Source of the DNA: a virus
Lineage: Duplodnaviria > Caudoviricetes
Virus record (IMG/VR): IMGVR_UViG_2511231028_000004
Location: 1 to 64,000 of that record
Direction: 5' to 3' (one strand)
Length of the DNA: 64,000 nt
Shown here one piece after another: positions 55,788 to 64,000 of this stretch. Position numbers and translations under genes: made by a program. The notes under the pieces are model-generated. The model saw only the letters and a list, made by a program, of their open reading frames with translations. It was not told where the DNA came from and did not search any database. Numbering within the stretch: the first letter of the stretch is position 1; each line of letters opens with the position of its first letter.

Positions 55788-56209
55788 GCCTTGCCGATTA
55801 TCTCGACCGCGCGGCCGCGGGCCGCTTTCGCTATGGCGTGCTGGATTGCTGCACGCTGATGGCCGACTGGCTGTGCGCGCAGGGGCTTTGCGACGTGATG
55901 GCGGACCGCCGCGGCACCTACGCGACCATGGCCGCCTACAAGACGGCAATCCGCAGCGAGGGCGGCATGCTGGCATCCTGTCGCGCGCGCTTTGCGGCAG
56001 CCGGCCTTGTGGAGACCTGCGATCCGCAGCCCGGCGATGTCGCGCTGGTGCTGGCGCCGATCGGCCGGCGGCGTGACGGCCGCCTGGTCTCGGCGCCGAC
56101 CGGGGCGATCTGCCTTGCCGGCGGCCTGCGCGCGATCGTCACCAGCGACCAGGGCGTGATGGCCTTCGCCCTCCCGGTGGTCGCGGCCTGGAGCCTGCCG
56201 CATGGCTGA
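55784..56209 (+). CDS. NlpC/P60-like tail-tip assembly protein (DUF6950-like)
   Basis: FRYGVLDCCTLMADW, PQPGDV. Confidence 0.75.
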   Translation: MSLADYLDRAAAGRFRYGVLDCCTLMADWLCAQGLCDVMADRRGTYATMAAYKTAIRSEGGMLASCRARFAAAGLVETCDPQPGDVALVLAPIGRRRDGRLVSAPTGAICLAGGLRAIVTSDQGVMAFALPVVAAWSLPHG

Positions 56210-57776
56210 GACGGTCGGACTTCTGATCCTCTCGGCCGCGGGCGCGACCGAGGCCGCCAGCGGCTTTGGCGCCGCGGCGGTGACGCTGGAGATCGCCGGC
56301 ACGACCATCAGCGCGGCCTCGATCGTCGGGGCGGCTGCGATCACGGCGGCCTCGATCGGGCTGTCCTATGCGCTTGCGCCGTCGCCCGACGTGCCCAAGC
56401 CGGAAAACGGCTCGCAGGCGATCCGCCAGGCCGTGCCGCCGCGGGTGCGCGGCTATGGCCGCAACCGGATGGCCGGGGCCTATATGTTCTTCGAGGCTGG
56501 CGGCGCGCCGCCGAACACGTCCTATGACGTGATCGCGTACCATCACGGCGAGATCGAGCGCATCGCCGGGGTCTATCTCAACGACGACAGCGTCACCGCC
56601 AACATCGACTTCAACAATTTCGGAACGCTGCTGACGGTCAACCCGACCGCCGACGGCTACTATGGCGGTGGGCACGTGACGCTGGAATTGTGGAAAGGGA
56701 CCACGCCGCAGCCGGCCTCCAGCTTCCTCGGCCCGCTCAGCCCGTGGTCGCCAGCCTTCCACGGTCACGGCATCGCCTATCTGGTGTGCGCGGCCTCGGC
56801 GCCGTCGGACCCGACGGATTTCACGAAGTTCTTTCCACACCAGAAGCCCGAACCGTCGGTCGTCGCCGATTGCGCGCTGGTATGGGACCCTCGCGATCCC
56901 GAGCAGGACCGCGAGGACCCCTCGACCTGGCCGCGGACGATCGACAACCCCGTCATCGGCCTGATCGATTATCTGACGGGCGATCCGGAGGTGACCGGCG
57001 GCCCCGGCCTCGATTACGACATCGCGGTCGCGCCGGTGCTGGACCAGCTGCTGATCGAAGCCTCGCTCTGCGATGACACCATCGCAGGCGAACCGCGCTA
57101 CGCCTGCAATGGCTGGTACCAGCTGACCAACAATCCGGAAGACGTCATCGGCAAGTTCCTTGCCACCTGCGACGGCTGGCTCTCGGAAGGTGGCGACGGC
57201 ACCATCGCGTTGACCGTCGGCTATTATCGCGAGCCGGCCGAGCCGCCGCTGACCGACCGGCACATCGTCGGATGGTCGGTCGAGAACGGCGTCGCCGAAG
57301 AGAGCCTGATCAACCATCTCGACATCACCATCACCGACCCTGCGCAGAAATACGTCTCGGCGCCGATCGACCCGGTCGAGGATGAGGAGTCCATCGCGAT
57401 CTACGGCAAGCACGATCAGCCGCTCGATCTCAGCTGGGTGCAGTCGGAGGCACAGGGAGGACGGCTCGGCCGCCGCGGCATGCTGCGGCTCAATACCAAG
57501 GCGAGCGGCACGCTGGTGACCGATCTCTATGGCCTCGTCTACATCGGCAAGCGCTGGGTGCGGGTGCAGGATCCGCGCATCCGCGTGCTCAATGATGCCG
57601 TGATCGAGATCCAGTCCGCCACCATCCGCCGCGCGGACGGCCAGGTGGTGTTCGGCTGGAAGCTCGTCGATGTCTCGCAGCTCGAGGAAAGCATCGCGCT
57701 GCCGAAAATGTACCGCCAGGACGGCTCGTTCCTGGTCCGCCAGGACGGCTCCGTTTTCACAAGGCAAGCAGCATGA
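56202..57776 (+). CDS. Central tail / baseplate hub protein
   Basis: RVRGYGRNRMAG, WDPRD, NPVI, RYACNG. Confidence 0.8.
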   Translation: MAETVGLLILSAAGATEAASGFGAAAVTLEIAGTTISAASIVGAAAITAASIGLSYALAPSPDVPKPENGSQAIRQAVPPRVRGYGRNRMAGAYMFFEAGGAPPNTSYDVIAYHHGEIERIAGVYLNDDSVTANIDFNNFGTLLTVNPTADGYYGGGHVTLELWKGTTPQPASSFLGPLSPWSPAFHGHGIAYLVCAASAPSDPTDFTKFFPHQKPEPSVVADCALVWDPRDPEQDREDPSTWPRTIDNPVIGLIDYLTGDPEVTGGPGLDYDIAVAPVLDQLLIEASLCDDTIAGEPRYACNGWYQLTNNPEDVIGKFLATCDGWLSEGGDGTIALTVGYYREPAEPPLTDRHIVGWSVENGVAEESLINHLDITITDPAQKYVSAPIDPVEDEESIAIYGKHDQPLDLSWVQSEAQGGRLGRRGMLRLNTKASGTLVTDLYGLVYIGKRWVRVQDPRIRVLNDAVIEIQSATIRRADGQVVFGWKLVDVSQLEESIALPKMYRQDGSFLVRQDGSVFTRQAA

Positions 57777-59707
57777 CCGGCAAGATTTGGGACGATCCGG
57801 ACAAGCCGTCGCTGGACGGCACCGAGAAGGTGGCCCTGGTCACCGAGGCAGACAATTACGGCAGCTTGCTCTCGACCATCGCGGCCTGGCTGGCGGGTCT
57901 GGCGCAGACGCTGACCAACAAGACGATCGACGCCGCCAGCAACACGGTCTCGAACATCACCACCGCGATGTTTGAGGCCAATGCCGTCGACACCGACGCC
58001 ACGCTGGCCGCCAACAGCGACACGCGGCTTGCCTCGCAGAAGGCGGTGAAGACCTATATCGGCAACCGGCGCCTCGACCAAGCGGCGCTGCCGACCGCCG
58101 ACGTCTCGCTCAACAGCCACAAGCTGACCAATGTCACGGACCCGACCGGCGCGCAGGACGCGGCGACCAAGAACTACGTCGACACGGTCGCGCAGGGGCT
58201 CGATACCAAGCCGAGCGTCAAGGCGGCAACCACGGCCAACATCACGCTGTCGGGCACGCAGACCGTCGACGGTGTCGCGCTGGTGGTGGCAGATCGCTGC
58301 CTGGTCAAGAACCAGTCGACGGCCTCGCAGAACGGCATCTATGTCGTTGCGTCGGGCTCATGGACGCGTGCGACCGACGCCGACGCGTGGACCGAGCTGC
58401 CCGGCGCCTATGTGTTCGTCGAGCAGGGCACGGTCAATGCCGATACCGGCTGGGTCTGCACGGTCGACCAGGGCGGCACGCTCGGCAGCACCTCCGTCAC
58501 GTTCTCGCAATTCTCCGGCGTTGGCGCGTATGTCGCCGGGCCCGGTTCGTCGACGTCGGGCAACATCGCGACCTTCAACGGCACGACCGGGCGCACGATT
58601 CAGGACAGTGGCGTTGCCTTCTCGACGGACGGCACTTTCGCCAGCAACAGCGACGCGAAGGCCCCGACCGAGAAGGCCGTCAAGACCTACGCCGATGCGA
58701 GGGCGGTCATCGGCAAGAATTATCTGTTCAATCCTTCCGGGGAGCTGGCGCAGCGTGGCGTTACGTCGGCGGCCGATGCGACCTATGATTTCGACCGATG
58801 GCTGACACTGACGCAGTCCAATCCGGTCACGCCGTCGAGCGTGTCGGACGCCGAGAACGCCACGCCCTTCATGATGCGCTCGCTGCAAGCCAATGCGTCG
58901 GCGCAGCGGTTTGGCCGTATCCAGTGGATCGAAAAGGCGCTGTGCCGCGATTTGCGTGGCCAGGCAGTGTCGCTGTCCGCACGGGTGCGGATGTCAGCCT
59001 CGACCACGCTGCGCTATGCCGTGGTGGAATGGACCGGCACCGCCGACACCATCACCAAGGACATCGTCAACGATTGGACATCGGGCACCTTCACGACCGG
59101 GAATTTTTTCACCTCGACCACGACGACGGTCGTCGGTACCGGCTCGATCGCGCTGACCGCGAACACCTTCGCCGACATCTCTGCTGCGGCGCTCGGCACG
59201 GTGTCGGGGTCGATGAACAATCTGGCCGTGTTCTTCTGGACCGACTCGACGCAGGCACAGAACGTCACGCTGGATATCGCCAAGGTGAAGCTGGAAAAGG
59301 GCTCGCTCTGCACGGGGTTCGTTTCGCCCGACATGGCGGCGGTGGTCGCGGCTTGTCAGCGCTATTACGAAAAATCCTACAATCTCTCGGTGGCGCCGGC
59401 CACTGCGTCGGTGCCGGCCGGTCTCAATGCGATCTGCGTCAATTCGAACACGATCGTGAACGGTCAGAGCATGGGGTCGCGCGAGTTTCAGGTCCGCAAG
59501 ATGAAGGCCCCGACCGTGACCGTCTACGGATACCAGGGCGGCTCCGGCAAGGTCTCTGACGCCACACCGACGGATCTTGCCGCAAGCTCCGGTTCGACAG
59601 GTCTTGTCGGAGAACGCAGCTTCAACGTCACCAATGGCAGCGGCGGATCGATCACCACCACCAACAACGTCGTGGTGTTTCACTTCGCGGCTGACGCCGA
59701 GCTCTAA
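57773..59707 (+). CDS. Tail fibre protein
   Basis: DATLAANSDTRLASQKAVKTY repeats, DAATKNYVD, DRCLVKNQ..NGIY, NYLFNPSGELAQRG, CQRYYEKSY. Confidence 0.85.
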   Translation: MTGKIWDDPDKPSLDGTEKVALVTEADNYGSLLSTIAAWLAGLAQTLTNKTIDAASNTVSNITTAMFEANAVDTDATLAANSDTRLASQKAVKTYIGNRRLDQAALPTADVSLNSHKLTNVTDPTGAQDAATKNYVDTVAQGLDTKPSVKAATTANITLSGTQTVDGVALVVADRCLVKNQSTASQNGIYVVASGSWTRATDADAWTELPGAYVFVEQGTVNADTGWVCTVDQGGTLGSTSVTFSQFSGVGAYVAGPGSSTSGNIATFNGTTGRTIQDSGVAFSTDGTFASNSDAKAPTEKAVKTYADARAVIGKNYLFNPSGELAQRGVTSAADATYDFDRWLTLTQSNPVTPSSVSDAENATPFMMRSLQANASAQRFGRIQWIEKALCRDLRGQAVSLSARVRMSASTTLRYAVVEWTGTADTITKDIVNDWTSGTFTTGNFFTSTTTTVVGTGSIALTANTFADISAAALGTVSGSMNNLAVFFWTDSTQAQNVTLDIAKVKLEKGSLCTGFVSPDMAAVVAACQRYYEKSYNLSVAPATASVPAGLNAICVNSNTIVNGQSMGSREFQVRKMKAPTVTVYGYQGGSGKVSDATPTDLAASSGSTGLVGERSFNVTNGSGGSITTTNNVVVFHFAADAEL

Positions 59708-59746
59708 CGCTCGCCCTTTAACCTCCCTGACAGACGAGAGACACGC

Positions 59747-61867
59747 ATGCTGATGCAGAGCGCGAAAGAGATCTGGCGCAAATACGTCACCGATGGCGTG
59801 CCGGCGTCCGGCGTCAACAAGGTCAGCAAATCGGCAAATTCGATCTGGGGCACATGGGTCGAGACCATGCTGCAAACCGGCATCGCCGGGCTGATGTACG
59901 GCACGCTGGCCGAACTCGCCGCCGACCTCAACCACGGTGCCAATACCTCGGCGGCCGTCTACAACGACGCGACGCCGGCGAACAATGGCCTGTATCAGAA
60001 GGTCGGCGCCTCCGGCGCCGGCTCATGGACACGTGTCGGCGACCTGCCGATCGCGATCGTGCCGCTCACCGTCACCGGCGGCACCGCCAATGCCATTGTC
60101 GCGACGGCGCCCGAAACGCCGCAGATGCCCGGACGCAAGCTGTTCGTGCTGACACCGACGGCGAACAATTCCGGCGCGACCACGCTGGCGTATAACGGCC
60201 AATCGGCACTGCCGATCAAGTCGGCGTTCGGCGACCCGCTGATCGGCGGCGAGCTGCTGAACGGCAGCCCGATCGTGATGCTCGGCGCCAGCGATCACTT
60301 CACGCTGCTGCTGTCGACCAATGTCGACGCCGACGGCATTCTTGCTGCGGCGGTCGCTGCGCGGGATGACGCGGCTGCTTCGGCCGCTGCGGCCGCGTCA
60401 GCTGCCTCGGTGCTCGGCAACCAGGTGCATCAGTACGACACCCGCGCCGCGGCGATCGCCGCGACCGTGCCGGCCGGCGTCAATTTCATCCGGACGCTGG
60501 CCTATGATTCCTCGTTCACGGAGAACAGCGGCGCGCTGTTCAAGCGCGTGGCGGCGGGGACGCCGTTCACGGATACGTGGCCGTTGACTGGGACGATCGT
60601 GGGCGGAACGACGGCGGCGCCGGACGGCACCTATTATTTTGGCCTTCTGAGCGGCTCGGCGACGGGCTCGGGGCTTTGTGCGACCATCACCGTCGCCGGT
60701 GGCACGATCACGGCTGTCGATCATTCGACCCAGCCCGGCAACGCCTACAAGGTCGGCGACGTCATCACGATTGGAAGCATTGTCGCAGCCGACCTTGTGA
60801 CCGCCTACTCGGTCACGGGCTTTTCCTACACGATCGCGACGATCTCCTCGCCGCTCGCCAGCTTCGTCAACACCCACGATTCCAGCCGCTGGCAGTACCT
60901 GGAGAGCAAGGGCTGTCCGCACGTCAACGAGTTTGGCGCCAATGCGAACTGGATCAGTACGGATACCGGTACCACCAATAATTTTGCAGCGTTCCAGGCT
61001 GCGCTGTTTTATGCGGCCTGCAACTTGACGGGCACCGCCGAAGGCGGCGGCGGCTATCAGGGTCACTTCGTGAAGGCCGGCCGCGGCAGCTACATGATCC
61101 GGCATCCGTCGAACCTAGTGTCTCTGATCATTCCGAACGGCGTCACTCTGGAAGGCGTCGGCGGCACAATGATCAAAATTCACGATTCCTGGTATCCCGC
61201 GACGCATTGCATCTGCCTAGGAAACCCGAACGCACATTTTGCAAACTTCCGTTGTGGTATGCGCCACCTCGGCGTTGCCTTCACGCGCGGCATTTCAGTC
61301 GCCGTTGGCACATACATGGTGTACGGCAACAACAACCAAGATGGTGGCGGCCTCGACGAGGTATTTCTTTACACGGGACAGTTCGGCGGAATCAAATACG
61401 AGAAAGGCTACGGCGGCGCGTCAACAGTAAAGTTCCACAATCTCAACTTCAGTTGCGAAGGCGTAAATCCTGCGTTCGAATGCAATGTTGGCACCACACT
61501 TGTTGATTGTCGAACCTGGTCTGTCAACGCGCCGTCGTCGGGCACGAACACCACGAGCGCTGGAATCGTGCTTTCGGGCACGGGCGGAATTTATAGTTTT
61601 GAAGGCATCCATTTGGAGGGCTTCAACGACTGTGGGTTCACCGTCGACCTGCGTTCTGGCAACAACCCCAACGTCGCCTTCAAGGGAATTACCGGGGGAC
61701 TGAGCATCGATTGGCTTTTTATCATCCAAGGCACGTCGCAGTCCGGCAGCTTCTCGTTCGAGCGATGCATCAAGAACAATGGCGCCGCGACAGGCCTGAT
61801 CAACAACGGGCTCGGATCGTCCCGGACTGATGACATCCGGGCCGGCGACGGTGTCTTTACGATTTGA
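59747..61867 (+). CDS. Tailspike / depolymerase-like receptor-binding protein
   Basis: IWRKYVTDGVPASG anchor; VNEFGA..TNNFAAFQAAL and GVTLEG entering a beta-helix. Confidence 0.75.
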   Translation: MLMQSAKEIWRKYVTDGVPASGVNKVSKSANSIWGTWVETMLQTGIAGLMYGTLAELAADLNHGANTSAAVYNDATPANNGLYQKVGASGAGSWTRVGDLPIAIVPLTVTGGTANAIVATAPETPQMPGRKLFVLTPTANNSGATTLAYNGQSALPIKSAFGDPLIGGELLNGSPIVMLGASDHFTLLLSTNVDADGILAAAVAARDDAAASAAAAASAASVLGNQVHQYDTRAAAIAATVPAGVNFIRTLAYDSSFTENSGALFKRVAAGTPFTDTWPLTGTIVGGTTAAPDGTYYFGLLSGSATGSGLCATITVAGGTITAVDHSTQPGNAYKVGDVITIGSIVAADLVTAYSVTGFSYTIATISSPLASFVNTHDSSRWQYLESKGCPHVNEFGANANWISTDTGTTNNFAAFQAALFYAACNLTGTAEGGGGYQGHFVKAGRGSYMIRHPSNLVSLIIPNGVTLEGVGGTMIKIHDSWYPATHCICLGNPNAHFANFRCGMRHLGVAFTRGISVAVGTYMVYGNNNQDGGGLDEVFLYTGQFGGIKYEKGYGGASTVKFHNLNFSCEGVNPAFECNVGTTLVDCRTWSVNAPSSGTNTTSAGIVLSGTGGIYSFEGIHLEGFNDCGFTVDLRSGNNPNVAFKGITGGLSIDWLFIIQGTSQSGSFSFERCIKNNGAATGLINNGLGSSRTDDIRAGDGVFTI

Positions 61868-61929
61868 ATAGCGGCGCGCGCCAATGACTATAGGTTGTGG
61901 AACTCTCACGAGCCATCCGTTCTACCTGC

Positions 61930-61958
61930 TTGACAGCAGGCAGAACGGATCAGCTAAT
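61930..61958 (+). promoter_or_regulatory. Sigma70-type promoter for moron gene
   Basis: TTGACA (61930-35), 17-nt spacer, GCTAAT; IR CCTGCT-TGAC-AGCAGG over the -35. Confidence 0.55.
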
Positions 61959-61964
61959 GGTTGC

Positions 61965-64000
61965 ATGGGGCGAGAACTATCGATGACAGGCGGAAGGCGC
62001 GGGGCGTGGCTTGCCCTCGCGCTCGTCGTCTTCGTCAGCTTGTTCATGTTCCAGCGCCACGTCGGCCGCTATCCCTACTACGCGCTCGACGACATGGATC
62101 AGCTGACCGCCCTCGATGTCCTGCTGATCAGAGGCGGGACCTTGCCGGATCACGTCACGCATCCGACGGCCGGCATGTACGTATTCCTGACCTTGACCCA
62201 CCGGATCGGATATTTGCTGGGTTTGCTGCATTTGCACGATTTCCGGTTCCTCGACCACTGGGCAAACCCGCTGCTCGGGACGGCTGAGCTGATCGACTTC
62301 CTCCGGGCTCACCTGCCGTTTCTAGCCATCGGCAGTTCGCTGTTGCTGGCGTTGGCCGTTACCTCAGCTGTCGGGGCCGGGCCGTGGATGGTGATTATAA
62401 TCTTCCTGTGTATCGCGGTCTCGCGAGCACTTGCCTTCCACACGATCATCTTCCGAACCGACAGCTTCGCGCTGTTTTATGCGGCTGCGGCCGCTTCACT
62501 CGCTGTGTGGGCAGTTCAGCGGCGTGGATGGGTCGCAGTTGCGCTCGCCGTCTGCAGCGGCATTGCCGGTGGTTTCGCCTTCACGTCAAAGCTCACGATC
62601 GTGCCGACAGTCGCCCTCGCGCCGGCCCTGGTTCTGTTCATGATGGTGAGGCGCGACCAGGCCTTTACCGGAGCCTTCCATGCGACGCGGCGTTTCAACG
62701 CCATCGTGTGCATCACTGCGGTGGCCGTCTATGTCGTCTTGCTGGGACTGTCGCAAATCCCGATGGCCTCGACCTTCATCCACACCCGCATCTCGTTTCA
62801 CAATTACGCGCTTTGCGCGGCGGCCTTGCTGGCGATCGCCGGGCCCGGCATTGCCACACGTATCCTGCCTGAGCGCTCGGTGTTCTACCGCTTCTTTTCG
62901 TTCGCCAACCTGATGGCGCTGGGGTTTACACTGTCTTTCCTGGCCCTGTGGTTCGTCATGCTGAGCCCAAGCGGCGGCGTGCGGTTCGTTGCAGCGCTTG
63001 CGCGCATCTGTTTCCTCGGTGTCATCGATCCCGCTCTCGCGCCGGGCTATGCCGGCTTCTGGGAACAAGTCTCAAGCTCGCCCTTTTTGCTGCTGCCGCC
63101 GCTCGTCCTGTTCCTGTTGCTTGGCATCCTGTCCCTTGCTTCGCTACGAGAGTTAGGAGCGCTGACGGTAATCGGCCTGCTGGTCGTGGTTTCAATTCTC
63201 TGGTTCGACCGGATGATCATTCATCAGGACGGGATCTATACCGAGCCTCTGTTGCTGGCACTTTTCGGCCTGATGCTGTCAATGGCTTGGCCAAGGGGTG
63301 GTCTGCCAGTTCGTGCAATCGCGGCCGTCTGCGTCGTGATTCTTCTCGCCCGCGGTGCAGCGCAGGGTGAGATCTCGGAGCTGATGGATGCGGGTTATGC
63401 CGGTTACTTCAAGGAGAGCCGGCAGATTATGACGCCGTACCAGACAGGCAATCAGCAGCAAATCCAGGATGCGCTGGGACAGGCGCTGGTCAGGGATAGC
63501 AGCACGGGGCACGTCGTCTCCGGCCATGCGCGTGAATTGATCTACGCTCAGGCTGCTGACTATCGCGAGGTCGCAACCAGGGTATCCTATGTTGTTCCGA
63601 ACCTTGGCCGTATCGACTGGAGCAGGATCGGTGTGCTTGGAGAAGGTCTCAAGCCCTTCGGGCAGACACGCCGAGAGCTCTGGTTTACCAGTGTCCCGCG
63701 CGAACTCGAGGGCGCTATTATCTACACGCCGCCCGACGATCGGGTAGAGCGCCCCGGCGCCGACTGGCTTAGGATGATTCTTACCTATTGCGGCTTGTAC
63801 GATCAGGAAATCGACGCATGGGTGCGATCGCGCACCGAGATGATACGACCGCGCTCAGACATGAACGTGCTGGTGTTCGTGCCTGCTGATAAAAGAGAGA
63901 GCTTCGCGCTGTCGCCAACGGCGCCCATCGTCGGCACCACCGAGCACCTCTACGTCGGTGTAGTAGTCCCCATCAACGCTCCCGGCGATCTGCTTCGCCG
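61965..64000 (+). CDS. Polytopic GT-C-like glycosyltransferase (partial, runs off window; absent from ORF track)
   Basis: First ~430 codons translated by hand and open; TM1 then YALDDMD acidic loop, HPTAG, FTSK, more than 10 hydrophobic segments, soluble C-terminus. Confidence 0.7.
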   Translation, partial: MGRELSMTGGRRGAWLALALVVFVSLFMFQRHVGRYPYYALDDMDQLTALDVLLIRGGTLPDHVTHPTAGMYVFLTLTHRIGYLLGLLHLHDFRFLDHWANPLLGTAELIDFLRAHLPFLAIGSSLLLALAVTSAVGAGPWMVIIIFLCIAVSRALAFHTIIFRTDSFALFYAAAAASLAVWAVQRRGWVAVALAVCSGIAGGFAFTSKLTIVPTVALAPALVLFMMVRRDQAFTGAFHATRRFNAIVCITAVAVYVVLLGLSQIPMASTFIHTRISFHNYALCAAALLAIAGPGIATRILPERSVFYRFFSFANLMALGFTLSFLALWFVMLSPSGGVRFVAALARICFLGVIDPALAPGYAGFWEQVSSSPFLLLPPLVLFLLLGILSLASLRELGALTVIGLLVVVSILWFDRMIIHQDGIYTEPLLLALFGLMLSMAWPRGGLPVRAIAAVCVVILLARGAAQGEISELMDAGYAGYFKESRQIMTPYQTGNQQQIQDALGQALVRDSSTGHVVSGHARELIYAQAADYREVATRVSYVVPNLGRIDWSRIGVLGEGLKPFGQTRRELWFTSVPRELEGAIIYTPPDDRVERPGADWLRMILTYCGLYDQEIDAWVRSRTEMIRPRSDMNVLVFVPADKRESFALSPTAPIVGTTEHLYVGVVVPINAPGDLLR

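Larger units (their letters stand above)
5726..64000. mobile_element. Temperate siphoviral prophage (HK97-type head), extends past window end
   Basis: att, int, xis, cI/cro, replication, packaging, head and tail modules in canonical order. Confidence 0.97.

Noticed and set aside
57773-61867. Second DGR target among the tail fibres
   Set aside because: No GGSW/GARG CLec motif or TR-like nucleotide stretch found by eye; a formal BLASTn is still advisable.

Overview
GC-rich alphaproteobacterial chromosome; the gene content looks Bradyrhizobium-like, which is inference. Bases 1-5.7 kb are host genes: an MCP, two SAM methyltransferases (one frameshifted), an AT3 acyltransferase, a GFA protein and an SGNH remnant. 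From 5726 to beyond the window end lies a lambdoid/HK97-type siphoviral prophage. It is bounded on the left by a 48-bp duplicate of the 3' half of tRNA-Thr(UGU). It carries int/xis, a cI/cro switch with four ATTTC-N5-GAAAT operators, a tRNA-Met, four DNA methyltransferases, a split primase/helicase with an iterated origin candidate, a NusG paralog, HNH/terminase/portal/protease/capsid, tail genes, two receptor-binding proteins and a GT-C moron. Highlights: (1) a complete diversity-generating retroelement (Mtd-like target, avd, TR, RT, IMH, GACA hairpin) in the early operon rather than the tail module. Its target appears to lack the Mtd N-terminal domain, and all 12 VR/TR mismatches fall at TR adenines. 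(2) A sugar-modification cassette (acetyltransferase, GT-A-like, DUF115/Maf-like) inside the head module next to collagen-like and fibre-like proteins, suggesting virion glycosylation. (3) An anticodon-less tRNA-like RNA plus terminator between the NusG paralog and the late genes. All family assignments come from motif recognition by eye; no database searches were run. Lysis genes and the right att site are not in the window.
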